A stretch of 64,000 bases of DNA from Leptogorgia sarmentosa (taxonomy: Eukaryota), in NCBI GenBank assembly GCA_964658305.1, contig OZ210885.1:13392001-13456000 (forward strand), given 5' to 3'. Positions within the stretch are counted from its first letter, which is position 1, and each line of letters begins with the position of its first letter. The notes under the pieces are model-generated. The model was not told the origin of the DNA. It worked only from the letters and a program-made list of their open reading frames with translations, and made no database searches. Both the position numbers and the translations under genes were made by a program. Positions 25,390 through 39,072 of this stretch are shown here, one piece after another.

Positions 25390-28300
25390 ATGGATATCTT
25401 ATACATTGCCTGTGTTGTGCTCCCGTTACCAGCAGGTATTGGCAAAGAAATAGCAGACTGCTTTATAAATTTTTTGTCCGTGTAACTTTAGTGTGTCAAT
25501 GCTTGGAATAGTATGAGAGAGCTAGGAGTTCATCGTCATTATAATTGAACATAGATTTGATTATTCCCGAACAACCTTATTTACAGTGGATGAATTTTTT
25601 TCAACCGTTCCCAATTGAAATTTCGACATGTGTATAATTTCCACCCAAAAATTAAGACATAAGACCAATACACTCATTGATTAAAAATGAAAATATGCGA
25701 TAATGTGAAACTTATTAACGTAACCTATCCTGTTTTTAGTTGTAACAGCGGTTCCAGAGGTAAAACCTAACATAATAACCACTGAAATCAATGACTACTA
25801 TGGTTATATGAAAGACTTTGAAGGCTTCGTATGTCAAGCGACAGGTACCAACCTCAAATACAGCTGGAGACATAACGATATCATTATTGATGGCGACTAT
25901 TTCCTCAAGTTCCAAAAATTGAATGCGTCAACTCTTCAACCTGTTTTGAACGACATCGACAGGTCTTACGAAGGGTTTTATCAATGCTTTGTTGAAAACA
26001 GTATTGGAACAATTTTCGGTCGGAAAGCAGCTGTGAAATTTACAAGTAAGTACCTCATGTACCGGTCAAATGAGGATTACAGTTCAGAAGTTAGAGTTTG
26101 CACTATAGAGTTCGGTCAACTCTCATTCACAAGCATTGATAAGAGGTGACTAGTCAATAGTGTTGATAACTGGTCAAATGGGGACGAAATCTCATCAACT
26201 CCCATTAAAGTTAGAACCAGTTCGAAATCCATGAGAGTGGATGAGCGTTGACAGTGAATCACAAGCGAGAGTTATCAACTCTAGATCTTACGCATTTTAT
26301 AACTGAAAAACAGTAATATACGAACTTTTAATCCAAAAAGATACAATTCGGAATGACTAATTTTAGTGCCATACACTGTCAACAGTCAGATGATTTTTTA
26401 TCTCATTAACGGGCGAGTTTCCTGAAAATTCTTTTATCCAGCCTTATCACTGAAATGATTTTACTTACCAATAACTTTTATCGTTGTTACAATATTTGCT
26501 GCTTTAAAACAGTCAAATAATATCATATTACAAAACATTGATAAGTCTTTATGAAATAAGAAACGTGTTTGAAACTAATTAACAAGCCGAAATCATTTGA
26601 ACTCTATATGTATAATAATGCAGTACCTATATACATGCATTGAAGTACATACGCACAAAAGCTGCATAAATTCGTTGCGATTTTTCGGAGATATTCTTTA
26701 TCTCATAAATCTCATTAACGTAATTCATAAGTAGAAAACTTCACAACTCGATATTGCGAGAACATGATATAATTATGATATCACAAAGCTGAATGCATCT
26801 TCATTTTTTAAAATTAACTTCCATAGATTAATTAGTGACAATCAATCAATTATCTTTATTTCATTGAAAAAAATATATCGTATTTTACACATAAAAGTTT
26901 CTATTTCTATCATAATTATAATTATTTTGAATAACTATTTTAGTATTTCTTGAAATATGAATTGCCAACTGATGTTCTAGGATTGTCAACGGATTCAGAA
27001 AACAGTTTTTACACGTAGTGGTATTCGTGTTTTACTTTGAGATGTGTTCAGTTCCAAGATTGTGCCCAGTATATTTCTTATCTGCGGCAAGGACTCATAA
27101 TCATATAATGAATGGCTCACCAATTTTGTAACCTTGTCAAACATTTATCTCGTTTTCTTTTAACAATAGTTAATTGATACCAATAGTTTGACTAATTTGA
27201 TGTACATGACGCTTTTTAAAGTGATCGAAAAACTGAGTAACACCATAGACATAAGTAGGCCATAACTAAAGCTTGGAATAAATAGTCTATTTCATTCTGA
27301 TTATATCCTTACTTTTGCATAGTCCTTAACAGAAGTCTTGATAGCTACGTTTAAGGATCAATGCTGACCTGGGACTTAAACAAAATTATCTTTTTGCAGT
27401 TATTGGAGATTTTGATGAATACAAATATGGCCCATCGAGAGCAGTCGATGTGGTTGTTGGAAGGCCTTTTCAATTGCATTGCCCAAAACATGCACTGAGC
27501 CAAAATGTTGAATACAACTGGTTATACCAAGATGCCGATATTGTAATGACACTGCCACCCGACGAGAACTACTTCATAGCAAACGATGGCACTTTGTATT
27601 TCTCTGTCATGCGCGACAAGGACATCAAGTTCATTAATGATAATGATGGAATATTTTGTCGGCAACTCGCGCAACCCAAAGTTGCCGCAAGTCATACAAA
27701 ACTGAGCAGTAGATTGATACTTAGAAAAACTATGACAGAAGGTATTGTGTAAGGTTTCTATCAATGGTATTAACAACTAACATGTGTCAGCGTTTCTCAG
27801 ACTACTGTTGTAGTAGGTGGTGAGGAGAAGGGGGGTAATAGTAAAAGCCGATCGAAGTCATCACCTAACGTAAAAAAATTGAAATTTTAAAAGTGCGAAT
27901 ACAATTTTTAGCTGAGCTTTTATGTTATTTACAAGTCCAACTGTCATAAATACTATAGAATTGGACGGCTTTTAACGGACAATAGACAGAAATCATGCAA
28001 CTGTAATTAGCAAGAAGAAAAACAATAATTTTTTTACACAGTAAGAGGGCGCAAAAACCATTGCCAGTGTAATAACTTTCATGTCACCATTTTAGTATAT
28101 TCAAAAACGTTAGGGCAACTATGTCTGAAATTTCTGCAGTAATGATGTATTTTGACATAATTTTGTTTAGCTGTAAAGGATAAAAAGCCAGATATTCTTA
28201 CAAATATACCAAGCATTACTATACCATATTATGGAAGCCAACAGCTATTGAAATGTGCGGCGACAGGATAGTAAGTATATAGTACTAAAGTACTTTAACC

Positions 28301-31300
28301 GAATTATTGGATCTTTTCCCATTTAGACGAACTTTTAAATTTAAATCAAGAAATTTCATTAGCACAGAAAGAGAAGAGCACTATAAATTAAATAAAATTG
28401 TGAAGTTTGGTTACAAAATATCGTAAACTTTGCGAAATACAATCGACATTTAACATTTAAAGTTCGAAAATTTGTCTAAAAGGACAAATTAATCTAAGCT
28501 TCATTGTTGCATGGATATAGACCTTGCTATATATGTACTATCTTCCAAATCCATCACAATTGAAAGTCTATACTTTTAACTCTTTCTTCCTTAGCCCTTT
28601 TCCAAAGTTGAAATGGTATAAAATTGACACATATAATTCGGCTGAGACCGCGATTACAGGAGGAACGGATTACATACTCAGACGTTTCAATCAATATCTG
28701 ATAATCAAAAATATCACTGCTGACAAGGCCGGCAAATATAAATGTGTGGCTACAAACAAAGTAGGATCGGCAGAAGCTATTGGCCGCGTAAGAGTTTCAG
28801 GTACTGTGACGGATTTAGTTTATGCTGCTACGTTTCATATATTACGTCAAATATTAACCAAGCTATAGTGGCAGATATTGCAGATTATTATACATTGTAG
28901 ATGGTAAAAGCAATCTGATTGGCTAAGAGCATACAGTTAAATCGCGCAATCGCGCAATCACGCAACCCACAGGAAATCTAGTTATCTGCTAGCAGATAGC
29001 TGGAGTTATCTGCTAGCAGATAACTAATTATGTACAAAATAAGCCTATGTTTTCATAAATGAAGTTTTTCATGCATTAATACTTTGTTTATTATTCTTCA
29101 AATGTATAATAAAACAATTATTGAATTCGGTTTTGGTGATATGCAAAATTATCAAGGTCTCGGTAAGCGTTATCAGCCTCGCCTTCGGCTCGGCTGATAA
29201 CGCTTACCTCGACCTTGATAATTCCGCATATCAGAAAAACCTCATCCAATAATTGTTAATTATTGTGAAATACTATTTAACTGGATCAAAACCTTTGAGA
29301 TATCTTTTTCAGATAGTTCAGACATAAACCAAGATAGCTTATTGACTGAACAACCACGTTCGAGATATCTTTTTCAGGTAGTTAAGACACACTCCACGAC
29401 ATGTTATTGTAGAATATATATACTACCCCATTGGGCACACGCCGTTGTTTAAACGTTGATATTTGGATGAAACCACGTCGCAACTTCAACAACGTGATGT
29501 CAACGTTGCTTCAACGTTGTTTTCAGGACATTGCATCAATGTTAGAGAAATGACGATGTTTCAACGTGGAATTAGCGTTGATTTTCTAATGCTGCTAAGG
29601 ATAATCAAAATTCAACATTGTTTCAACATTGTTTTTAAGACGTTCCATGAACGCTATATAAATGCATTACACCCTTACACCATCACACCCTAACACCATG
29701 ACCCAAAATGGCGGCGAAATTGCTTTCGACTCCGCTATGCTGCCCTTTACCCGGGTGTAAATAGCCGTGCGGATGTATTACCCTCGCCCCGGGCTAACGC
29801 CCGGACGGCGCGAAGCAAATTGCATGACGATTTTAGATTTTAGAAAATAAGCGGGGGGGGGGGGGGAATTCACCAAGTATTAGTTAAATAATTAAAACAA
29901 TTTAAAAAACAACTCAATGTCAAAATTTCAAAAAATATTAAATTTAAGTAAGCAAAAACAATTAACTCATTTAAATGAAAGTTGGACATGTAATTGTGTC
30001 AAAGAAAAATTAAAAGAGTTGAATCTTTGAGATAAATGCTTAGTTTTGTCGATACCTTCATTGTGTACTCGGGCATTTTTTTAACGAAAAAAACAACACA
30101 AAACATCTCACCTCTCATGTTACAAACAGAAAATTACCCTTTATTACAAAGAATGCTTTTTCCCCATAGAAAACATGATAAACTAAAGAGTTTTTCTATG
30201 CTCAAATCAAAAAACTCCAAAATTAATCGAAGGGGCGGCCCACCTGAAAACAATACCAATGCCCTTGAAGAATGTTATAACTGGAACTTATCATTTGAAG
30301 TATTCTATGGTTTTCCGGGCATAAGTATATCTGATACTCTCTGATATTGAATAATTCAAATTGGCGGTAAATTAAACTATAATCTTTATATAAACCATAT
30401 TTAAATGTTTAATTTGCATATATAGCTATTTATTGGATGTCAAAGTTATAGCTACATTAGACAACTATCAAACCCTCTTTTATTATGATCTTTGTAAAAC
30501 TGTCCGAATATCGCAACCATTACTGAAAAGCAGCCGTCTCACATTGGGGCTTAATAACCTAAAACTTGGGTTCATTTTGACCTTGTCCAATTTCAAATTC
30601 AACCTTGAGCCGGAATTCCAAATATATTCCAAAAGTCAAATACGTTGACCAGTAGGTTTCTTGGTCAATTTGACTCAACTTGCGTCGGGCTCATATTGAC
30701 CAGGATACTGGGTTGGATTTGATCGGAATCGATTGATTGATTTTATTTCCCACCTTTTGCAAAGAATTACGGTGGTATTACAATTAAAAATATTTAAAAT
30801 ATACAACAATTATTCAGGATATATAAAATACTAGATAAAAAGAGCTATTACTATACCTATATATAATTTAAAAAAATGTTATTCGGGTTAAAATTAACCC
30901 GGGTGTTTTTAGAATCACTGGACTTCCACGTTTCAGCTATCTTTTTCAGTAGTTCATTGCGTCGTATTAAAATTTAGAGAATACTAAAACACAGAACAGG
31001 AAGCTTGATATTTTTAATTTCAATGTTGTTTTCCATTCAGATTATCCACAATGGATGCTTGGTGGCGAAATAGAGGATCGTTATGAACCGTTGGGCATTC
31101 GGCTTGAGTGGCCGTGTGGAGCGTTTGGCTGTCCCACTTACAATTGGTTCAGAAACGGCGTTAGAATCCCTCGAAGGTATATAGTAAAACTCACCCTGGT
31201 CCACGAGGATTTAAGCTCCCTAATAGACATAATTTGCGCATATAAGTGTGCGCATGTTCAACGTCGCTTCTAATTTCTTACAGCTCTCCAAATGGCAACG

Positions 31301-34300
31301 TCGTAATACAGAACAAGAACAGTAGGTCATATTTGATCATTAAAAATATCACCCTGGAGTACAACGGCATGTACCAGTGCACTGCGGGGAACGAATTGGA
31401 TATCATATATTCAACGGCACGTCTGCAAATAACAGGTGGGTGCCTATGTAGTATATATGTCGGCAGTGAGGGTAGTCCGGAAAACAACATCAAAAACCAG
31501 CAATCTGAACGCTAGAAATGATTCGACGTTTCGAGCAAAGGCTCTTCGTCGGGAATTATAATCTCGTTGTGGCGTTTAGGTAGTAAGGAGAACTTTTGGT
31601 GATTGTTGATGTATATAGTTATAGCTATTTATGACGGTCAGGTAGAAGGAGGATGAGAGTTGCAAAACAACAGCACACGTCGCCAGCGTAGGTATAGCAC
31701 TTCAGGATGACGAACAAGAGCAGCTAGGATAATCTCACTACCTAAACGATAAAACAGATTCGACGTTTCGACCGAAGGGCATTCGTCGGGAATAAGTAGA
31801 AGGGTTGCAACGAGAGTTGCAACTCCCGTTTGCGTTGAATGCCAAATCCCATCCGCTGTCATCGACCTTGAACTGGTTCAAGAGAGTTGATGAGAGTTCG
31901 TGCTCATTTGATCAGTCATTAACATCAATGACTAGTCAACGCTCATCAACTCTAATTATACCCTCGTTTGGCCCGCGTGAGAGAGTTAACAGAAATCTTG
32001 TACAAACTCTTGCTTATCAACTCTAACAATTCTCATTCTTATTTGATCAGCGCATAAGAGTTGTAGCTACGTCGTATGTAGATACGAATGAGTTTTTAAA
32101 AATTTTATAATTTCAATTAGTATAGGAAATTACACGCTTCGAGAAGTATATTAATGAAAAATTGCACGCGTGTTTGGCGAAATATCATTGTAGTACACGT
32201 TCAATAAACTTTTTTGATCAAAGTTGACAATGTAAATGACAAATTTTAGCGTTGATATTATGACGTCGACTAATTTATGCTCCTTAGATTAAAAGGGCGA
32301 AAAATGCAAGTTTTGTTTATAATATAATGCAACCGTTTATACGCTAAGTCGGATGAAGATACTCATGAAATAATAAAACAATTATTAATTTCGGTTCTCA
32401 CAGGATTCGCTGAATTATTAAGGCCTCAGTTTGTGTTCGGCAATTAACAGAAACCTCGGCCTTAATAAATCCTCATATCCTACTCGACCTCATTCTATAA
32501 TTGTTTATTATACGGATACTGTGTTTACATTGCCATACCATTATCACACTTTCCTTAAGAAATCCTGAACAAAAATAGTTTGTAAATCAGTAAATGCAAA
32601 AGAACACATGGCAGTATAAATATGGCCTAAATCATGTATAATAGTGAGTTCAAATTTACCTAAACTTCGCGTCTGAAATTTATTTTGTTCACCTATATGC
32701 CATAATTGTGCATTAACTTTCAAATTTGAAAAGGACGCGCTCATTCTGTGCTCTCAGCTACTCACGCGTACGCGCAAAGGATCATGGACACTACAAATAT
32801 GGTAAAGCATAGCCACTGATCTCAAATATTAAAGGATTAATTTTTAAAAAACCATTACATAACAGAATACTAACTTCGAGCTGTAACTCGCTACGTCAGT
32901 GTATTTTGTAAGCTATTGACATTATATAGAAAATTATTTCGAAGCTATAAAATACTGAAATAACTATAAAATTACTACATGAGGTCGAGTAGGAGGGAAT
33001 GATCGAGAAAATTTAGCCATTTTTACGTGATCAATATTTATCTAATATTCATATATGTTTGCGTATAATTTATGTTAAGCAAACTTTTATAACAATGTGC
33101 CCAAGTAGGTTAATTAGTTAATAAAATCATTTTGAAAGAGTGCTCAATGGGTAATCAAGGCATTATACATGGAAAACAAAACACAACAAATTCATTACGC
33201 ATATAGCAGAATAAAGGTTTAGTTTAGTTTGGTTTAATCCTCCCTACAACACCGCTCATTTTTGTGACCGTTATTATAAACAAATTTAAAAATCTGTTTA
33301 GATACCCACGAATGTCAAAATACATCAGTTTGTCATCAGAATGCCACCTGCAATATCTATCCTGGATCATACACGTGCACGTGCAATCCCGGCTTATCTG
33401 GAGATGGTAAAGATTCCTGTGTTGGTAAGTTTTGTTTCAAAATTCTGCTCACAAAAAAACCCTTCTGTAAATATAAAAGCTTTTTAGCAATTAGACAACG
33501 AGGCCCCGTTGGCTACGAGAAGATGGTAGAACTCAGAACAACTGAAACAAATCCGAACAAAAGATTTAATTTGCCGTATTCTTATATGGGATAAACCATG
33601 TTCGCTGAGAAACGAGTGTTCTAAGTCCAAAGATATAATGTGCGAAATTTTCAATCTTTTTTTAGATGTCAACGAATGTCAAAATACATCTATTTGCCAT
33701 CAGAATGCCACCTGCGATAATATTCCTGGATCATATACGTGCACGTGCAATCCGGGCTTTTCTGGAGATGGTAAACATTCGTGTATTGGTAAGTTTTGGG
33801 TTAAAATCCTACTCACAAAAATAACTTCGAAAAATATCAAGGCAATTGGAAAATTAAACGACGAGACGCGCGTTGTTTATGAGCAGGTGAGGGCGAATCC
33901 AGAACAACAAGAATAATCGATTCGCCGTATTTTTATAGTGGCACCTTTTTGAGGCAAAACTATATATTTAACAATTATACCATGAGCTCGAGTCGTATAT
34001 GAGCTGATAGCCGACGAGGCGCAGCTGAGTTGGCTATCAGCCATATACGACGAGAGCGAATGGTATAATTGTTTTATTATATAGACAAAGGCGAACATTA
34101 TAAAATTTATTCAAATCATTTATTTGAGGGAAACGCTCAGCCATTTTCAGCCATTTTGTTTTAAGCTCACTTGAGTGAGATAATTAATTCGTCCTACTCA
34201 CTATATATGAAGTAATAGCTAGCGAGTAGCTCAGCCAATCAGATTACAGAATATCTCATATATAGTGCTTGTCTATATAATAAATATATATATACATATT

Positions 34301-37300
34301 CGCGTCGGTCATTTTGGCTTTTATTGCTTTGTTTCCGGTTTCGAAACCGGTTTCAAACCTGTATATTTGAGTGCAATACGGCGAGTGCAATACGGCTGGG
34401 TATCTGCACTCTGTTTTGCCCTTATGGTAAAATGACGTCATTGTCGTATAATAAATATATACCGGGTGGCGCAGAAAAAAGTTTACGCGTTTGATTTGGT
34501 AAAGTGAAGAAAGCATAAGTGCTACATCGTTCAAATAAATGTAGCTGTATTCATAAAAGCCTAACTTAAAGTTTGATGTATAATACATGTATTTTCGTAA
34601 AGTATTACTCAAGATATTAGCATTCCAATTTGCAACTGCATTTTTAAAATGTCCCAAAATTAGCTAAAAGTTTTTATCACCGTTGGTTTACTCGGACAGG
34701 TAACGTGAACGTTACCCTAATAAATTGGCCAACGTCGTATAACCTCTTCAGCATTATTTATGGTAGCATATTGTAAGCAAACCCAAACTCGTTGTTGAAT
34801 GGTTAAACGAGGCATGTTTACAAGCAGAAAGCTTAAATTCCTTCAAAATTCTTGGTCGCAAGCGCGAGTTAAATTCAATTTCCCAAAGGAGAATTTCCCA
34901 AGGGGCAAAATTTACCTTTTTTGAAATTTTGTTTCTTTTTCAATAATAATAAAACAAATAAATATTTAGAGAAAGCTTCGTAACAACGTTTTTAATCAAA
35001 CTGAATTCATACAAGCGACTATGTTTGAGAAAATTCTAAAATTTATGAAAACAGTTAAATGTCCTGTCAATAGACCATTTTTAGCACTATTTTTACATTT
35101 GCCAAAACTCGTTCCAAATTTGATTTGGCCATAATTCAGCCATTTTGGTCCATAAATAAACATGTTATAGCTCAAAATTTAAGTTAGGCTTTTATGAATA
35201 CAGCTACATTTATTTGAACGATGTAGCGCTTATGCTTTCTTCACTTTACTAAATTTGAGTTTGAGACCTCGACAAAATATTTTTCTATCCGGACCTCCCA
35301 GCCGGTAAATAACATATATATATTTTTCACAAAAAATCTATGGCTGACGTTATGATTATGCTAATGTCGATCTTGTTAAGAATTTTCATTTTGAAACTCC
35401 ATTTTAATTTATTCCCATATTATATGTGATATTTTATTGGAAATCTGAAAATATATACCATGAAATAAATGAAAAGGCAGGTTTAGATCGAGTGCACAAG
35501 TGTAATTTTTTCGAAAGCAGTGACAAGGAAATGCTTGAGGCTTTGAAAGTCTTTGTTGCAGCTCGTCTTTAAGCGCCTGTCGTTTATTTTGGAACACTCA
35601 GCATTTTTATTTTTCTCTTGCGGGAAGTGCTCATTGACTTATTATAGCGCGGTTTTTCTTTGAATGCCAAGCCATGCAAGGTGTGGATTTAGAACGGTAG
35701 ATTACGAGGTTTTAATTCTTAAGTAAGTGTTGCACAGTTCGATAAATCAGAGTTTAAACATAGCGACTCAATAAGCCCTCGTAGTCTTCTTACCGAAATT
35801 TTAAAACTATGTTTAGATATCAACGAATGTCAAAATACATCAGTTTGCCATCAGAATGCCACGTGCGATAATATTCCTGGATCATATACGTGCACGTGCA
35901 ATCCGGGCTTATTTGGAGATGGTAAAGATTCTTGTGTTGGTAAGTTTTGTTTCGAAATCCTGATCCCAAAAAAAAACCTTCAGTAAATATCAAAGCTATT
36001 TAACAATTAAAAAATGATACCTCGTTATCGATGAGCAGATGGTGGGCGAGGGAGAATTCAGAACAACAGGAACAAATGCGGACAAAAGATTTGCCGTTTT
36101 CTTATATAGGATTAAACCATGTTAGCTGAGAAACGAGTGTTCTAATTCTAGAGATATAATGTGCGAAATTTTAAAACTTTGTTTAGATGTCAACGAATGT
36201 CAAAATACATCTATTTGCCATCAGAATGCCACCTGCGAGAACATTCCTGGATCATACACGTGCACGTGCAATCCGGGCTTATCTGGAGATGGTAAAGATT
36301 CGTGTGTTGGTAAGTTTTGTTTCAAAATCTTGCTTCCGAAAAAACTTCTGTAGATATCAAGGCAATTGTAAAATTGGGGAAAGAGGCCGCGTTGTCTATG
36401 GGCAGATGGTCGGGTTGGGCGAATCCAGAACAACAGGAACATTCGATTTGCTGTATTCTTATAATAGCTAGGATCAAACGATGTTAGTTTAGAAACGAAA
36501 GTTCTAGGTCTAGAGATATAATGCAACATATTTCATACACAGTTGAAGCAAGTTCTCCGCCAAATCCATCAACATCAAATGTCATCTGCGAAATAGTCGG
36601 AATTGTATAGTCGAAGTTCAGGTTGTAGTGGCTTTAGTGAGACTTTTAATTGTCAAATTTAAAAATCTGTTTAGATGTCAACGAATGTCAAAATACATCT
36701 ATTTGCCATCAGAATGCCACGTGCGATAATATTCCTGGATCATATACGTGCAGGTGCGATCCCGGCTTATCTGGAGATGGTAAAGATTCGTGTGTTGGTA
36801 AGCTTTGTTACAAAATTTTCCTCACAAAAAAAACTTCTGTAGATATAAAGGCAATTGAAAAATTGGGCTAAAACGCCGCGTTGCCTATGAGCAGATGGTA
36901 GCGGAAGGAGAATTCAGAACAACAGGAACAAATGCGGACAATACATTTGCGGTATTCTTATATAGGATTAAACAATGTTAGCTGAGAAACGAGTGTTCTA
37001 ACTTCTGAGTCTAGAGAGATAATGAATAAATTTTAAAACTTTGTTTAGATATCGACGAATGTCAAAATACATCTATTTGCCATCAGAATGCCACCTGCGA
37101 GAACATTCCTGGATCATACACGTGCTCGTGCAATCCGGGCTTATCTGGAGATGGTAATGATTCCTGTATTGGTAAGTTTTGTTACAAAATCTTCCTCACA
37201 AAAAAAACTTCTCTTGATATCAAGGCAGTTCAAAAATTGGGCAACAAGGCCGGGTTGTCTATGAGCAGATGGTCGGGGGGGGGGGGGAGGTGAATCCAGA

Positions 37301-38098
37301 ACAACAGGAACATTCGATTAGCCGTATTCTTATAACGATGTTAGTTGAGAAACGAAAGTTCTAGGTTTAGAGATATAATGCAACATATTTGAGCGAACTT
37401 CTCCGCCTGATCCACAACATCAAATGTCATCTGCGAAATAGTCGGAATTGTATAGTCGAAGTTCAGGTTGTAGTGGCTGTAGTTGTTTTCATAGTTTGCA
37501 TCCTTTGGAAACGAAAATAGGTCGGGCTTGATGCTTCTCAACTTTGGGAAAAATTGAAAAACATCAACTTTAGGGAAGCAATACTGTAATAACATACAGT
37601 TCAGTCAGAGTTTTGACATGGTGGCCCAAAAAAGCCTCGTAGCCCTATATCCTATACTACTTTATTTTAGTGAGACTATTCATTGCCAAATTTAAAAATC
37701 TGTTTAGATATCGACGAATGTCAAAATAAATCTATTTGTCATCAGAATGCCACCTGCGAGAACAATCCCGGATCATATACGTGCACGTGCAATCCGAGCT
37801 TATCTGGAGATGGTAAAGATTCGTGTATTGGTAAGTTTTGCTTCAAAATCCTGCCCACAAAAAACATCTGTAAATGTCAAGGCTAGTTAACAATTGGACA
37901 AAGAGACCACGTTGTCTATGAGCAGATGAGGTGTGGGAGGATTCAGAATTAACCACAGGAACAAATCCGAACAGTCGATTAGCCGTATTCTTATAATAGG
38001 ATTAAACGTTGTTAGCTGAAGATATTAGGTCTAGAGATATAATGCAATATTTTTCATATACAGCTGTAGCAAGTTCTCCGCCTAATCAATCAACATAA
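25390..38098 (+). CDS. Cell-surface or secreted protein: signal peptide + 4 Ig domains (L1/neuroglian/contactin-like) + 7 Ca-binding EGF repeats; TM exon has a premature stop
   Basis: Phase-compatible exons: 25390-25435, 25740-26045, 27400-27741, 28171-28270, 28595-28800, 31041-31176, 31284-31435; seven 123-nt EGF exons (33302-33424, 33666-33788, 35817-35939, 36187-36309, 36675-36797, 37049-37171, 37708-37830); last exon from 38064 with TAA at 38096-38098. The same frame continues through a TM helix ([29 protein letters not shown]) to TGA at 38266. Confidence 0.85.
31521..31556 (-). ncRNA. Minimal type I hammerhead-ribozyme-like motif (U4C core variant)
   Basis: Minus strand reads ATTC-CCGACGA-A-GAGC(CTTT)GCTC-GAAAC-GTC-GAAT: stem I ATTC/GAAT, stem II GAGC/GCTC, palindromic ACGT stem III. 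Confidence 0.55.
31758..31793 (-). ncRNA. Second hammerhead-like motif, 237 nt from the first
   Basis: Minus strand reads ATTC-CCGACGA-AT-GCCC(TTC)GGTC-GAAAC-GTC-GAAT; one mismatch in stem II. Confidence 0.45.
34461..35306. mobile_element. Tc1/mariner-like non-autonomous element with long imperfect inverted arms
   Basis: Starts TACCGGGTGGCGCAGAAAAAA; about 34500-34577 is inverted at about 35172-35250; the right end is degenerate. Confidence 0.55.
36543..36638 (+). pseudogene. Degenerate duplicate of the TM exon
   Basis: Aligns to 38064 onward ([21 protein letters not shown]). A second decayed copy lies at about 37390-37520. Confidence 0.7.
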
Positions 38099-38963
38099 AA
38101 CGACATCGGCGTCATCGTTGGAATCGTAGTCGCGGTTGTGGTTGTTGCGGCAGTAGTTATTTTCATAGTTTGTATCCTCTGGAAACGAAAACAGGCGGAA
38201 ACCAAGAATTGTGAAAATGCTGGTGACGACATCGTTTTATCACCACCCACAGACAGTTCCCATTGATTCAAATGATCAAAGTTTAGAAACATCAAGCACA
38301 GCCTGACAAAGATTTTCAACAGCATACCAGATAAACATGCATGAATAGCAGTAGATGTAGTGATTCTCTCAACGAACCTGGATACTTGACAGTTCCTTAG
38401 TTCCGTGACAGTTCTATGTTCTTTCAAGTTATTCTCATACAGGGGCGTAAATTCAGCTTGATCATTGCGTGGGGTGGGGGTGGTGTGTGATGTGGTCATG
38501 ATATTTTGAGTGTACAGAGTGCATTTCAAACGGGGCGTTGTGTTTTTGAAAATGTGCCGATAAAAGTTAATAAGTAATTTGAATGGTGGAGATGAGGAAT
38601 ATCACGAGGCGCCTCCATGTTTGGCGCCGAACAAGAAAATTTTGGACATTTAGAAACTCTAGATCGGCGGAAGGATTTACGCCCCTGTTCATATGCCAGC
38701 ATACCTCTAGGCCGTTTCCCATTGCATTCGCTTTGCCCGTGTGGACTGAGCAAACATGTTCTAACTTTTCTTGAATATGAAGGTTCTCAGTTTACGTTAT
38801 TCAACTTTCTTGGCGTCCCTGCGAGACTGATTTGTCACAAGATTAAAATAGTTCTCTCGGCCCGAGCGGGCAAAGTGACGGTAATGAAAAACCACCTCTA
38901 CGCAGAAAAATGAATGCTTAACCTTTATATGATCATGAGTTGAGATGTTACTCCATGAATGTT

Positions 38964-39072
38964 GGCTCGAAAGCACAATAGATGGAGCGGGGTTATAGTA
39001 GCCCGAAGATATGAATTCAAAATCTCGTTTGAGACAACGAATTTTTCGTTGTCTTTCTGCAGTTTCAGATTA
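38964..39072 (+). mobile_element. Degenerate tRNA-derived SINE-like repeat flanked by ~31-bp direct repeats
   Basis: GGCTCG start with decayed A/B-box-like segments; ATGATCATGAGTTGAGATGTTACTCCATGAAT occurs on both sides (about 38929-38960 and 39078-39109). Confidence 0.45.

Noticed and set aside
38086..38529. 147-aa Thr-rich minus-strand ORF
   Set aside because: Antisense shadow of the Val-rich TM exon and 3' UTR.
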